Source of the DNA: Geobacter metallireducens GS-15
Lineage (GTDB): Bacteria; Desulfobacterota; Desulfuromonadia; Geobacterales; Geobacteraceae
Length of the DNA stretch: 32,000 nt
NCBI RefSeq assembly: GCF_000012925.1
Contig: NC_007517.1
Coordinates: 750,001-782,000, forward strand
Reading direction: 5' to 3'
Position 1 is the first letter of the stretch. Each line of letters opens with the position of its first letter. The notes under the pieces are model-generated. The model made no database searches. It was not told where the DNA came from and saw only the letters and a program-made list of their open reading frames with translations. Below, piece by piece: positions 9,011-16,675 of the stretch. The translations under genes were made by a program, and so were the position numbers.

Positions 9011-9051
9011 GGCAATGGCGCCCCGGAACATCAGTTCCGGGGCTTTTTTTT
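9011..9051 (+). terminator. Leader (attenuator) terminator upstream of nifV, with an overlapping ANTAR-like hexaloop hairpin
   Basis: The 10-bp stem is GCCCCGGAAC(9020-9029) / GTTCCGGGGC(9034-9043), followed by 8 T (9044-9051). The RBS and the ATG at 9067 come after that. GGC-AATGGC-GCC (9011-9022) shares its 3' arm with the terminator's 5' arm. Confidence 0.75.
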
Positions 9052-9066
9052 CGAAAGGAGCCTGCC

Positions 9067-10218
9067 ATGGAAAGCGCGACAAAGAACACAGTCATTATCG
9101 ACGACACCACTCTGCGCGACGGCGAGCAGACCGCTGGCGTCGTTTTCAGCAAAAGGGAAAAGCTGGCCATCGCCCGGCTGCTGGACGACATCGGGGTGCA
9201 GGAGCTGGAATGCGGCATCCCGGCCATGGGGGAGGAGGAGCGGGAGGTGATCCGTGCCCTGGTGGACCTGGGGCTCAACGCCCGACTCATCACCTGGAAC
9301 CGGGCCGTGATCCCCGACATCGAGGCATCCCTGGCCTGCGGCGTTGCGGCGGTGGACATCTCCCTCTCGGTCTCTGACCAGATGATTGCCCACAAACTCC
9401 GCACAAGCCGGGATGGGGTCATGGAGCAGCTGAAACGGGCCCTGGGCTTTGCCAAAGAACATGATCTCTACGTCTCCGTCGGTGGGGAGGACGCGAGCCG
9501 GGCCGACCTCGGGTTCCTGGCCGAGCTCATGGAGATCACCTGCTCCATGGGGGGAGACCGCTTCCGCTTCTGCGACACTCTCGGCATTCTCGACCCGTTC
9601 ACCATGTACGAGAAGGTGAAGGCCCTGCGGGCTGCAGCCCCCGGCCTTGACATCGAGGTCCACACCCACAATGACCTGGGGATGGCCACAGCCAACGCCC
9701 TCGCCGGCATCAAGGCTGGTGCCCGTTTTGTGAACACCACGGTGAACGGCCTCGGGGAGCGGGCAGGCAACGCGGCTCTGGAAGAGGTGGTGATGGGGCT
9801 CAAGCTTGCCTGCGGCATCGACCCGGGGATCGACACCCACCGCTTCCACGAGATTTCCCGCTTCGTTGGAAGGGCCTCCCAGCGGCCGGTCCCCCCCTGG
9901 AAGGCGGTAGTGGGGGAGCGGGTATTCTCCCATGAATCGGGGCTTCACGCCGACGGGGTCATCAAGGATGCCCGCAACTACGAGGGGTTCGATCCGGCCG
10001 AGGTGGGGCTTTGCCGACACATCGTGGTGGGGAAGCATTCGGGGACCAGCGGCCTTGTGGAGCGTTTCCGGCAGATGGGGATTGAGCTCTCCCGGCAGGA
10101 GGCAGGTGCTCTGATGGATGGGGTGCGGGCCATGGCCCAGCGGCTGAAGCGCCCCCTCTCCGACGGGGAGCTTCGAGCCCTCCATGCCGCGGGGCGGTGC
10201 GCCCTCAGGGCGGCATGA
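9067..10218 (+). CDS. nifV: Homocitrate synthase (NifV-type, HMGL-like family)
   Basis: DTTLRDGEQ and HTHNDLGMATAN motifs are present. The 383-aa length fits NifV rather than long LeuA/CimA forms. The gene has a sigma-54 promoter and sits in a nitrogen-regulation context. Confidence 0.75.
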   Translation: MESATKNTVIIDDTTLRDGEQTAGVVFSKREKLAIARLLDDIGVQELECGIPAMGEEEREVIRALVDLGLNARLITWNRAVIPDIEASLACGVAAVDISLSVSDQMIAHKLRTSRDGVMEQLKRALGFAKEHDLYVSVGGEDASRADLGFLAELMEITCSMGGDRFRFCDTLGILDPFTMYEKVKALRAAAPGLDIEVHTHNDLGMATANALAGIKAGARFVNTTVNGLGERAGNAALEEVVMGLKLACGIDPGIDTHRFHEISRFVGRASQRPVPPWKAVVGERVFSHESGLHADGVIKDARNYEGFDPAEVGLCRHIVVGKHSGTSGLVERFRQMGIELSRQEAGALMDGVRAMAQRLKRPLSDGELRALHAAGRCALRAA

Positions 10219-10267
10219 GAAGAATGGGGCACTCTGGAAATAATGAGTGCTTATATAATGTGCAAAT

Positions 10268-10304
10268 GGAGGTGGCGTAAGCGATGCGCCCCCCCTTGTT
10301 TTTT
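10268..10304 (+). terminator. Terminator after nifV
   Basis: The hairpin is GGCGTA(10274-10279) / TGCGCC(10285-10290), extendable through GG...CC pairs. It is followed by TTGTTTTTT. Confidence 0.6.
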
Positions 10305-10369
10305 CTGTCCGGCACGCCAATGCTTGCTAACCTCACGGAATTACTTGGCGGGAATTTAATGAGGCGTGA

Positions 10370-10385
10370 TGGCATGCCTTATGCT
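10370..10385 (+). promoter_or_regulatory. Sigma-54 (-24/-12) promoter for the porin-glnB-amtB operon
   Basis: The sequence is TGGCATGccttaTGCT. GG (10371-10372) and GC (10383-10384) are at the canonical offset. Confidence 0.7.
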
Positions 10386-10464
10386 AATTCGTTACCAGAA
10401 GCCGGGGGCACAAAGGTTGTGTCGCTGGCCGGGAAAAGCACTAGAGAAGCAAACGGATCAGCAA

Positions 10465-10505
10465 GGCAAAGGCGCCTTCCGCTACCAAGCGGAGGCGCCT
10501 TTTTT
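10465..10505 (+). terminator. Leader terminator in the 5' UTR of the porin-glnB-amtB operon, with an overlapping ANTAR-like hairpin
   Basis: The stem is GGCGCCTTCCGCT(10471-10483) / AGCGGAGGCGCC(10488-10499), followed by TTTTTT. GGC-AAAGGC-GCC (10465-10476) competes with the terminator's 5' arm. Confidence 0.75.
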
Positions 10506-10596
10506 GTTTACTTAGTGGAAAGGAGGCGTGTGCGGGACCCGATGAATCGTGTGCAGTGCAGATGCAATACAATAAAACTTACAAAGGAGTATGGAC

Positions 10597-11346
10597 ATGA
10601 ACAAGACACTGAAGACTTTTTCCCTGGCACTGGCACTGGTGGCCGCCACCTGCGGCGCCGCTCTGGCAACCCCCTCCACCCAGATATGGATTCCGTCCAC
10701 CGATGTCCAGGCATTCAAGACGGTTCACCTTGGCCTCGATAACTATACCCGCACGTCCAAGCACAACGGCGTCACTACCAATACCTATGATGCCGGCGTG
10801 ACGGTTGGCGTTCTCCCCTTCGAGAAGCTGCAGATGGAGGTGGGGGTCGACTATATGGAAACCGGTACCAATTCAGCCACCGACAGCAGCCCCTTCTACT
10901 TCAACGCGAAGATCGGCACCCCTGAGGATGCCCTGTTTCCCTATTCGCCGGCCCTTGCCGTCGGTGGCTACAATTTCGGTACGAAAGTGGGGGTGACCAC
11001 CCAGAACATCACGTATGCCCTGGCTGCGAAGACGCTTCCCGTCATCGGGAGAATCTCTGCCGGGTACTACCACGGCAGCGGCAGGGTGCTGGTGGACGAA
11101 AACGGAAAGGCCGCCAATGACGGCGTGCTCCTCTCCTGGGACCGGACCATGAGCGAGATTTCCGACAAGCTGTGGGCGGCAGTTGATTACCAGAGCGGCA
11201 ACAGCGGTGCAGGTGCCCTGAACTTCGGTGTTTGCTGGGCCTTCTCCAAAAACGTCTCGCTGATCGTCGGCTACGACATCTACAACAACGCCTACACCGG
11301 CGGCAAGAATACCATCACCACGCAGCTCGACATCAACATCCCTTAG
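10597..11346 (+). CDS. Predicted outer-membrane beta-barrel (porin-like) protein of unknown specificity
   Basis: A signal peptide is present (MNKTLKTFSLALALVAATCGAALA). The rest shows alternating hydrophobic/polar beta-strand periodicity with aromatic girdles. ATG 10597 has better spacing from AGGAG (10585-10589) than ATG 10591. Confidence 0.65.
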   Translation: MNKTLKTFSLALALVAATCGAALATPSTQIWIPSTDVQAFKTVHLGLDNYTRTSKHNGVTTNTYDAGVTVGVLPFEKLQMEVGVDYMETGTNSATDSSPFYFNAKIGTPEDALFPYSPALAVGGYNFGTKVGVTTQNITYALAAKTLPVIGRISAGYYHGSGRVLVDENGKAANDGVLLSWDRTMSEISDKLWAAVDYQSGNSGAGALNFGVCWAFSKNVSLIVGYDIYNNAYTGGKNTITTQLDINIP

Positions 11347-11369
11347 GTCTAAACGACATTCGGAGGTAA

Positions 11370-11711
<342 letters not shown>

Positions 11712-11745
11712 GAGGCAGGAATAGATCAGTCCATGGAGGTAACCA

Positions 11746-13212
11746 ATGAAGTTTAAACTATCATTTGTCGCATTGCTGGCAACTGTCGCGCTCTCGCTCC
11801 CGGTCGCCCTCCTGGCAGAGGAGGTGAAGACCGCCGCTCCGGCACAGGCTGCCCTGTCCTCGGCCCAGACGGCTGCCCTTGCGCCCGCTGTCACCGCGGC
11901 GCCCGCCGCTGCTCCGGCCACCCCTGCCGCACCGAAAAACGTCGATCCGGTTCTCAATACCGGCGACACCGCCTGGATGCTCGTCTCCGCCGCCATGGTC
12001 CTCTTCATGATTCCGGGCCTTGCCTTCTTCTACGGCGGCATGGTCCGGGGCAAGAACGTCCTCTCGACGATCATGCACTCCTTTGTCGCCATGGGGATCG
12101 TCGGTGTGCAATGGGCGGTGATTGGCTACTCCCTCTCCTTCGGCCCTGACATCGGCGGCGGCCTCCTCGGGAACCTGAGCAAGGCGCTCCTGAACGGTCT
12201 CATCACCTTCAAGGATGGCAACCCGGTCTACGCCCTCTTTCAGAACGTGCCGACCGCACCGGGGGCCATCCCTGAGTACGTCTTCGCCATGTTCCAGTGC
12301 ATGTTCGCCATGATTACCGTTGCCCTCATCTCCGGCGCCCTGGCCGAGCGGGTGAAGTTCTCCGCCTACTGCGTCTTCGTGCTCCTCTGGACCACCCTGG
12401 TGTACGACCCCTTGGCCCACTGGGTCTGGATGAGCGACGGCTGGCTCTTCAAGAAAGGCGCTCTCGACTTCGCCGGCGGCACGGTTGTTCACCTCTCCTC
12501 CGGTATCTCGGCCCTGGCGTTTCTCATCTTCCTCGGCAAGCGGCACGGGTTTCCCCACGAGCGGATGGCGCCCCACAGCCTGCCGCTGACTATGCTCGGC
12601 GTCGGCATGCTCTGGTTCGGCTGGTTCGGCTTCAACGCCGGTTCCGCCATCGTCGGGGCCAACTGCTCCGACGCGGCGGGGGGGCTGGCCGGTCTCGCCT
12701 TTGCCACCACGACCATCGCGCCGGCTGCCGGCGGCCTTTCCTGGATGATCGCGGAATGGATTCACGCGGGCAAACCTTCCGCCCTCGGTTTCGGTTCCGG
12801 TGTCGTTGCCGGCCTGGTCGTCATTACCCCCGCTGCCGGTTTCGTGCAACCCGGGGCCGCCATCCTCATGGGACTTGCGGCGGGCGTGGTCTGCTATGGT
12901 GGCGTGCTGCTGAAGGCCAAGCTCAAGTACGACGACTCCCTCGACGCCTTCGGTGTCCACGGAGTGGGGGGGACCTTCGGCGCCCTCACCACCGGTATCT
13001 TCGCCACCGTCGGCGCCACGGGGCTCCTCTCCGGCAATGTCTCCCAGTTCTTAACCCAGGTGATTGCAGTCGTGGCCGCCGGCGCCTATGCCTTCATCGT
13101 CACCCTTGTTATTGCCTTTGTCCTCCACAAGACCATCGGGCTCCGCGTGGAAAAGGAAGACGAGATCATGGGGCTCGACCAGACCCAGCATTCCGAGTCG
13201 GCCTACAACTGA
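11746..13212 (+). CDS. amtB: Ammonium transporter (Amt family) with a signal peptide and an Ala/Pro-rich N-terminal linker
   Basis: Signature segments DFAGGTVVHLSSG and FGWFGFNAGS are present. I count about 11 TM segments. The gene lies directly downstream of P-II. Confidence 0.93.
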   Translation: MKFKLSFVALLATVALSLPVALLAEEVKTAAPAQAALSSAQTAALAPAVTAAPAAAPATPAAPKNVDPVLNTGDTAWMLVSAAMVLFMIPGLAFFYGGMVRGKNVLSTIMHSFVAMGIVGVQWAVIGYSLSFGPDIGGGLLGNLSKALLNGLITFKDGNPVYALFQNVPTAPGAIPEYVFAMFQCMFAMITVALISGALAERVKFSAYCVFVLLWTTLVYDPLAHWVWMSDGWLFKKGALDFAGGTVVHLSSGISALAFLIFLGKRHGFPHERMAPHSLPLTMLGVGMLWFGWFGFNAGSAIVGANCSDAAGGLAGLAFATTTIAPAAGGLSWMIAEWIHAGKPSALGFGSGVVAGLVVITPAAGFVQPGAAILMGLAAGVVCYGGVLLKAKLKYDDSLDAFGVHGVGGTFGALTTGIFATVGATGLLSGNVSQFLTQVIAVVAAGAYAFIVTLVIAFVLHKTIGLRVEKEDEIMGLDQTQHSESAYN

Positions 13213-13240
13213 GCGTTTTGCCGATTCACTCGCAACATTG

Positions 13241-13270
13241 AAGCCGCCTCTATCGGGGCGGCTTTCTTTG
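13241..13270 (+). terminator. Terminator after amtB
   Basis: The stem is AAGCCGCC(13241-13248) / GGCGGCTT(13257-13264), followed by a T-rich run whose first two T's are stem bases (13263-13269). Confidence 0.75.
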
Positions 13271-13369
13271 TGCCTCAATTGTGGGCGCTTTGCTGCCTAA
13301 ATGGTGTGCATGTTTTGCCCTGTTTGCTTGGATTGCTTTGTAACTTGTTGATAATACGAATGGTGCTTC

Positions 13370-13385
13370 TGGCACGCCTCGTGCC
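13370..13385 (+). promoter_or_regulatory. Sigma-54 (-24/-12) promoter for the small histidine kinase gene
   Basis: The sequence is TGGCACGcctcgTGCC. It is almost identical to the nifV promoter and has the canonical GG/GC offset. Confidence 0.7.
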
Positions 13386-13432
13386 TACAAGGTATGAGGC
13401 ACCCTATTTAACCGGTCTGCACCAGAGGACCC

Positions 13433-14179
13433 ATGGCGGATGCACTGGCGAAATATCTCCCCGACAACGGCAACGTGGAAGGGGAACTTCTGGAACTGCT
13501 TGCCTTCAACGAGAAGATGGCGGAACTGGGGAGGATGGCGGCGGGAGTGGTTCACGAGCTGAACACCCCCCTGTCGGTCATTGTCTCGGCCACCCAGATG
13601 ATCCTCCGGGAGGAGGAACTGCCCGAGTTCGTCCGCGAGATGGTGGAGCGGGTCAACGAGGAGGCCCACCGCCTGGCCGAGCTGACCAAGGGGGTCCTCT
13701 CCTTTGCCCGGCGGGATAGTGGGGGGCGGGCCGAGGCGGATGCGAACCAGGTCATCGGCGAGGTCATGACCTTCCTCCGCTTCGAGGCCGGGAAGCGGTC
13801 CATCGGTGTCATCGAGGACCTGGACCACCGGCTCCCCTTCATCGCCGCCGACGCCAACCGGGTGAAACAGGTGATCATCAACCTGGTCATGAACGCCTTC
13901 CAGGCCATGGGTGAGGGGGGAACTCTCTTCCTGCGGACGGTTCAGGAGAGCGAGACGGCCGTTACGGTGCAGGTGGCCGACACCGGTCCCGGCATCCCCC
14001 CTGACGCCCAGGAGCGGATCTTTACCCCCTTCTTCACCACCAAGGAGCCGGGGGAGGGGACCGGCCTCGGCCTCTTCATCACCCGCAAGCTCATGGAAGG
14101 AATCGGCGGCGCCATCGCCGTGAAGAGCGTGGTGGGAGAGGGGACCACCTTCACCCTGACCTTTCCCGTTGCGGAATAA
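13433..14179 (+). CDS. Cytoplasmic histidine kinase with no sensor domain (GnfK-like nitrogen-fixation regulator kinase)
   Basis: H-box VHELNTPLSVI, N-box INLVMNAFQA, G1 DTGPGI and G2 GTGLGL are present. There is no TM segment and only ~25 aa before the DHp domain. Its position after amtB matches what I recall for gnfK in G. sulfurreducens. Confidence 0.8.
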   Translation: MADALAKYLPDNGNVEGELLELLAFNEKMAELGRMAAGVVHELNTPLSVIVSATQMILREEELPEFVREMVERVNEEAHRLAELTKGVLSFARRDSGGRAEADANQVIGEVMTFLRFEAGKRSIGVIEDLDHRLPFIAADANRVKQVIINLVMNAFQAMGEGGTLFLRTVQESETAVTVQVADTGPGIPPDAQERIFTPFFTTKEPGEGTGLGLFITRKLMEGIGGAIAVKSVVGEGTTFTLTFPVAE

Positions 14180-14194
14180 CCCTTTAAAAAGCCC

Positions 14195-14362
14195 AATAAC
14201 ACGGAGAGACGGAGAGCACGGAGTTTTCTTCACACGTTGTCGTGTTGTCGAGGGGTAGGTGTTACTCCCGTTGGCTTGTTTTTTCTCTGTCTCAGTGTCT
14301 GTATTGAACCGCCGTTCTCGTAATATGGTTTTTCTCCGTGCTCTCCCTCTCTCCGTGTTATT
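14195..14362. repeat. Pair of 29-nt inverted repeats (14195-14223 / 14334-14362; 28 of 29 complementary) flanking 110 bp
   Basis: AATAACACGGAGAGACGGAGAGCACGGAG faces CTCCGTGCTCTCCCTCTCTCCGTGTTATT. The arm itself is built from tandem ACGGAGAG units. Confidence 0.8.
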
Positions 14363-14394
14363 CTTACTGACAAATTCTAGGGCACGGGGGAATC

Positions 14395-15177
14395 ATGATG
14401 AAGGAATTTCTGGAGACGGCGATCCGGGCCGCGCGCAGCGCCGGCGCCATCCAGCGGCAGCGGCTCTGGGAGGAGCACGATATCCGCTTCAAGGGGGAGA
14501 TCGATCTGGTCACCGAGGTGGACCGGGCGTGCGAGGACCTGATCGTCGCCACCATCCGCGGTGCCCATCCGGGCCACGGCATTCTGGCCGAGGAGGGGAC
14601 GCGGGATGCGGGGATGTCCCCTCACCGCTGGATCGTGGACCCCCTCGACGGCACCACCAACTACGCCCACGGTTTCCCCTGGTTCTGCGTCTCCATCGCC
14701 CTGGAGATCGACGGCGAGGTAAGGCTTGGCGTCATCTACCACCCGGTCATGGACGAACTCTTCACCGCCGTGAAAGGAGAGGGGGCCTTCGTGAACGGCA
14801 GGCCCATCCGGGTTTCATCCCGCCAGCCACTCAAGCAGTGCCTCCTCGCCACCGGCTTCCCCTATGACCGGACCCGCGACAACGAGAACAACTTCGCCAA
14901 CTTCTTCAGCTTCCAGTTTGCCGCCCGGGCCGTGCGCCGGGCCGGGGCTGCGGCCCTCGATCTGGCTTACGTGGCTGCGGGCCGTCTCGACGGCTACTGG
15001 GAGGTGAAGCTGAAACCCTGGGACGTGGCCGCCGGCCAGCTCCTGGTCACCGAGGCGGGGGGGTGGGTGACGAACCATGCCGGCGAGCCCTTTGCCATCG
15101 ACGACCACCGCATTCTGGCTTCCAACGGCCTTATCCACGACGAAATGCTGGCGGTATTGTCGGGTAAAGTGATGTGA
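14395..15177 (+). CDS. suhB: Inositol monophosphatase family protein
   Basis: WIVDPLDGTTNY and WDVAAG motifs are present. The length is 260 aa. Confidence 0.88.
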   Translation: MMKEFLETAIRAARSAGAIQRQRLWEEHDIRFKGEIDLVTEVDRACEDLIVATIRGAHPGHGILAEEGTRDAGMSPHRWIVDPLDGTTNYAHGFPWFCVSIALEIDGEVRLGVIYHPVMDELFTAVKGEGAFVNGRPIRVSSRQPLKQCLLATGFPYDRTRDNENNFANFFSFQFAARAVRRAGAAALDLAYVAAGRLDGYWEVKLKPWDVAAGQLLVTEAGGWVTNHAGEPFAIDDHRILASNGLIHDEMLAVLSGKVM

Positions 15178-15186
15178 AAAAATAGG

Positions 15187-15215
15187 TTGACGATATATGA
15201 CTCCTTTGCTAGAGT
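15187..15215 (+). promoter_or_regulatory. Sigma-70-type promoter for the met leader
   Basis: TTGACG (15187-15192), a 17-nt spacer, then TAGAGT (15210-15215). The inverted repeat TTTGCTA...TAGCAAA overlaps the -10 region. Confidence 0.5.
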
Positions 15216-15278
15216 TTCTCTCAGGTATCTTTAGCAAATAGCTTAACAATAGAGTCGGTTGACAACTGAATAGATTCA

Positions 15279-15444
15279 TTTCTTATCACGAGCGACCGAG
15301 GGACTGGCCCTATGACGTCGCGGCAACCCCCCGCAAGGGGACGGTGCCAAATCCTGCGGAACGGCAACGTTCCGGGAGATAAGGAAGAGCGTTGCCGCCG
15401 TAACGGCGAAAAATCCTCTTCCGCACCCCGGAAGGGGATTTTTT
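15279..15444 (+). promoter_or_regulatory. SAM-I (S-box) riboswitch with a terminator expression platform
   Basis: The aptamer reads TTCTTATCACGAGCGACCGAGGGACTGGCCCTATGA...GGCAACC...GGTGCCAAATCCTGC...GGGAGATAAGGAA. The terminator is ATCCTCTTCCG / CGGAAGGGGAT plus TTTTTT (15412-15444). GGAAGAG (15383-15389) can pair with CTCTTCC (15415-15421) as an antiterminator. Confidence 0.93.
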
Positions 15445-15465
15445 CATTCAGGAGGCAAAACCACC

Positions 15466-16641
15466 ATGAACATCGCAACCCAGACAGCACAGATCGGACT
15501 TGAGTGGGACACCCGCACCGGCGCGGTGACGGTCCCCATCTACCAGACGGCCACCTTCCGGCACCCGGGGCTCGGCCAGAGCACCGGCTACGACTATACC
15601 CGCTCCGGCAACCCCACCCGGCAGGCCCTGGAGGAGGGGATCGCCCGCCTGGAGGGAGGCGCCCGGGGCTTCGCCTACGCCTCGGGCATGGCCGCCATCG
15701 CCAATCTCCTCCTCCTCTTCAAGAAGGGGGACCACTTGGTGGTGACCGAGGATCTCTACGGCGGTACCTGTCGTCTCTTCGACCAGATCTTCACCCAGTA
15801 CGAGCTCTCCTTCACCTACGTGGACACGAGCGACATCAAGGCAGTGCGTGCCGCCATCCGCCCAGAAACGAAGGCCCTCTTCGTGGAGTCCCTCACCAAC
15901 CCGCTCCTCAAGGTAGCCGACATCGCGGCCCTCTCGGCCCTCTGCCGGGAGCGGGGGCTTCTCCACATCGTGGACAACACCTTCCTCACCCCCTATCTCC
16001 TGCGCCCCTTCGACCATGGGGCCGACATCACCGTCTACAGCGCCACCAAGTACCTGGCCGGCCACAACGACACGGTCTCCGGCCTCGTGGCGGTGAAGGA
16101 CCCGCAGCTGGCCGAGCGGGTCTACTTCCTCCAGAACTCGGTGGGTGCGGTCCTGGGCCCCCAGGATTCCTGGCTCACCATCCGGGGGATGAAGACCCTT
16201 TCGGTGCGCCTCGACCGACAGCAGGAGAACGCAGGGCGGGTCGCCCAGTGGCTTTCGAATCACCCGCGGGTGCGGAAGGTCTACTACCCCGGCCTCTCCG
16301 GCCACCCCGGCCACCCCGGCCATGAACTCCTCGCCCGCCAGGCACGGGGCTTCGGTGCCATGATTGCCTTCGAGGTGGACGAGCATGCGCTCGTGGAGCG
16401 TTTGCTTCTGAAGACGGAAGTGATATCCTTCGCCGAGAGCCTCGGCGGGGTGGAAACCCTCATTACCTTCCCCCAGGTCCAGACCCATGCCGATATTCCG
16501 CCCGAACTGCGGCAGCGGCTTGGGATCAACGATGTGCTCCTGCGCCTCTCCGTGGGGATCGAGGACGCGGACGACCTGATCGACGACCTGGCCCAGGCGT
16601 TTGAAGGCGGGGACCAGGGATCGGGAACCGGGGACCGGTAA
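15466..16641 (+). CDS. Cys/Met-metabolism PLP enzyme (cystathionine gamma-synthase / beta-lyase family), paralog 1
   Basis: IPIYQTATF, the PLP-Lys motif YSATKYLAGHND and the family-typical C-terminus LRLSVGIEDADDLI are present. The extra tail GGDQGSGTGDR is encoded by a G-rich repeat. Confidence 0.9.
   Translation: MNIATQTAQIGLEWDTRTGAVTVPIYQTATFRHPGLGQSTGYDYTRSGNPTRQALEEGIARLEGGARGFAYASGMAAIANLLLLFKKGDHLVVTEDLYGGTCRLFDQIFTQYELSFTYVDTSDIKAVRAAIRPETKALFVESLTNPLLKVADIAALSALCRERGLLHIVDNTFLTPYLLRPFDHGADITVYSATKYLAGHNDTVSGLVAVKDPQLAERVYFLQNSVGAVLGPQDSWLTIRGMKTLSVRLDRQQENAGRVAQWLSNHPRVRKVYYPGLSGHPGHPGHELLARQARGFGAMIAFEVDEHALVERLLLKTEVISFAESLGGVETLITFPQVQTHADIPPELRQRLGINDVLLRLSVGIEDADDLIDDLAQAFEGGDQGSGTGDR
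16609..16633 (+). repeat. GGGAYC-type tandem array (four G-runs; fits the G3+N1-7 quadruplex pattern)
   Basis: The sequence is GGGGaccaGGGatcGGGaaccGGGG. A related array lies at 26104-26132. Confidence 0.7.
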
Positions 16642-16675
16642 AGGCTTTCAAATCGCTTATCGAAAGGAATATTGT

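Noticed and set aside
8883-9066. T-box leader upstream of the HMGL-family gene
   Set aside because: I could not find the conserved T-box sequence (GGGTGGTACCGCG-like) or a specifier-loop architecture. With the sigma-54 start near 8992 the leader is only ~75 nt, too short for a T-box.
9067-10218. Calling this gene citramalate synthase (cimA) or leuA
   Set aside because: At 383 aa it lacks the C-terminal regulatory domain of LeuA/CimA-type enzymes. Its sigma-54/nitrogen context fits NifV better. Only a phylogeny could exclude the alternative.
10310-10327. Sigma-54-like sequence cGGCACGccaaTGCTTGC
   Set aside because: The GG to GC offset is 11 or 15 nt instead of 12. The correctly spaced element at 10370-10385 is preferred.
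14195-14223. Tandem ACGGAGAG units as a CRISPR or microsatellite
   Set aside because: There are only about three 8-nt units and no spacers. They simply form the arm of an inverted repeat.
14325-14342. Sigma-54-like TGGTTTTTCTCCGTGC upstream of suhB
   Set aside because: The GC element is one nucleotide out of register, and the sequence is part of the inverted-repeat arm.
15259-15287. Second TTGACA (15259-15264) as the met promoter
   Set aside because: The best -10 (TCTTAT/CTTATC) would start transcription inside the riboswitch P1 helix and destroy the aptamer. The upstream TTGACG-17-TAGAGT promoter is compatible with it.
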